Notes under the pieces: model-generated
What the model was told of the DNA's origin: nothing
Databases searched by the model: none
Seen by the model: the letters and a program-made list of their open reading frames with translations, nothing else
Shown here: positions 25,321 through 26,169 of the stretch, one piece after another
Position numbering within the stretch: position 1 is the first letter of the stretch
Layout: the number at the start of each line of letters is the position of its first letter
Source of the DNA: a virus
Lineage: Duplodnaviria > Caudoviricetes
DNA: 26,169 nt
IMG/VR virus record: IMGVR_UViG_3300021982_000385
Location: 1-26,169 of that record
Strand: one strand, 5' to 3'
Position numbers and translations under genes: made by a program

Positions 25321-25647
25321 ATGGCTAAGAACTATGCGCAGGACGGGAAAACGATCCCGCTGGTAAACAGTGGTGCAACCGATATTCAGAGCGGCGACCC
25401 GGTTGTTGTTGGAAAACTTATCGCGGTGGCAATTACCGATATCCCGGCTGGCGATACCGGGGACGGTTTTACTGAGGGTGTTTTCCTCTTGCCAAAAGTA
25501 TCCGCAGATGCGGTTACTGCCGGGGCGCAGGTGTATCTGAAGGACGGCAAAATCCAGACCGATGAAACGGATGCCGTTGCCGCAGGCATCGCCTGGGAAG
25601 ATGCACCGGCAAACACCACCGTTGTTGAAGTGAAGATTAATGTCTAA
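25321..25647 (+). CDS. DUF2190 capsid-associated protein
   Basis: MAKNY.QDG.TI and GVF.LPK motifs. Confidence 0.85.
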   Translation: MAKNYAQDGKTIPLVNSGATDIQSGDPVVVGKLIAVAITDIPAGDTGDGFTEGVFLLPKVSADAVTAGAQVYLKDGKIQTDETDAVAAGIAWEDAPANTTVVEVKINV

Positions 25648-25915
25648 TCCCTTTGATCGGATGGCGGCTCGCATGGACGCGGCCACCATAAAAAAGATGG
25701 GGAAAACGGCTCTGATTAACGGAATCACATACGACGTTATCTCTGCTGAGTTGCTTGAAGAGATGGGGCCGTTATCAGGGAATTTACGGTCTCTGGTGGT
25801 ATTCAGTGGAGAATATACCCCGCGGCGAAACGATGAAGTGGTTTGGGAAGGCAAAAACTGGACCGTCACACGTCACGAACTGTTTAACGGGAAACCTCGT
25901 ATCTTCATTGAGTAG
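25640..25915 (+). CDS. Head-tail joining protein
   Basis: MSNPFDRM..RMDAAT; position after DUF2190. Confidence 0.75.
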   Translation: MSNPFDRMAARMDAATIKKMGKTALINGITYDVISAELLEEMGPLSGNLRSLVVFSGEYTPRRNDEVVWEGKNWTVTRHELFNGKPRIFIE

Positions 25916-25923
25916 GAGGGGCT

Positions 25924-26169
25924 ATGTCGATCAAAGGCCTCGAGCAGGCTATCGCAAACCTCAACTGCATCAGCAAAACGGCCGTACCACGTGCCTCTGC
26001 CCAGTCGGTTAACCGTATTGCCGGGCAGGCCATCAACCGAAGCGTTTCTGTCGTTTCAAAATCGACGCGTGTACCTCGAAAACTGGTTAAGCAACGTGCC
26101 CGGTTACGGCGGGCTACCGTCAGTAAACCACGCGCACTTATTCGGGTGAACCGGGGAAATCTCCCATAA
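25924..26169 (+). pseudogene. Truncated minor tail protein gpZ
   Basis: MSIKGLEQAIANL..ISKTAVP...VNRGNLP matches the lambda gpZ N-terminus, then stops at codon 82. Confidence 0.7.

Noticed and set aside
23826-25869. Long minus-strand ORFs (182-240 aa)
   Set aside because: Antisense shadows of the capsid-region genes

Overview
Left ~26 kb of a lambdoid (Rac/Qin/Gifsy-like) enterobacterial prophage. Leftward arm: int, xis, a RecE N-terminal homologue with no recognisable nuclease domain, a kil-like gene and a DicF-like RNA. Immunity region: a non-self-cleaving DicA/RacR-type repressor, Cro and CII-like genes, with six CTAC-N5-GTAG operators. Rightward arm: replication initiator with five 23-bp iterons, DnaC, accessory genes, a LexA-boxed catalytically dead UmuD'-like gene, Ref, RusA, Q, a late leader rich in structured RNA, and the lysis cassette. 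The spanin pair is split by an HNH homing endonuclease, and the o-spanin body has acquired a new lipoprotein signal. A moron block follows (ClpP-like protease, structured RNA, DUF6236-like protein), then a lambda-type cos flanked by Met and Fur boxes, and the head genes, ending in an apparently frameshifted gpZ. All family assignments come from recalled motifs; no database search was run.
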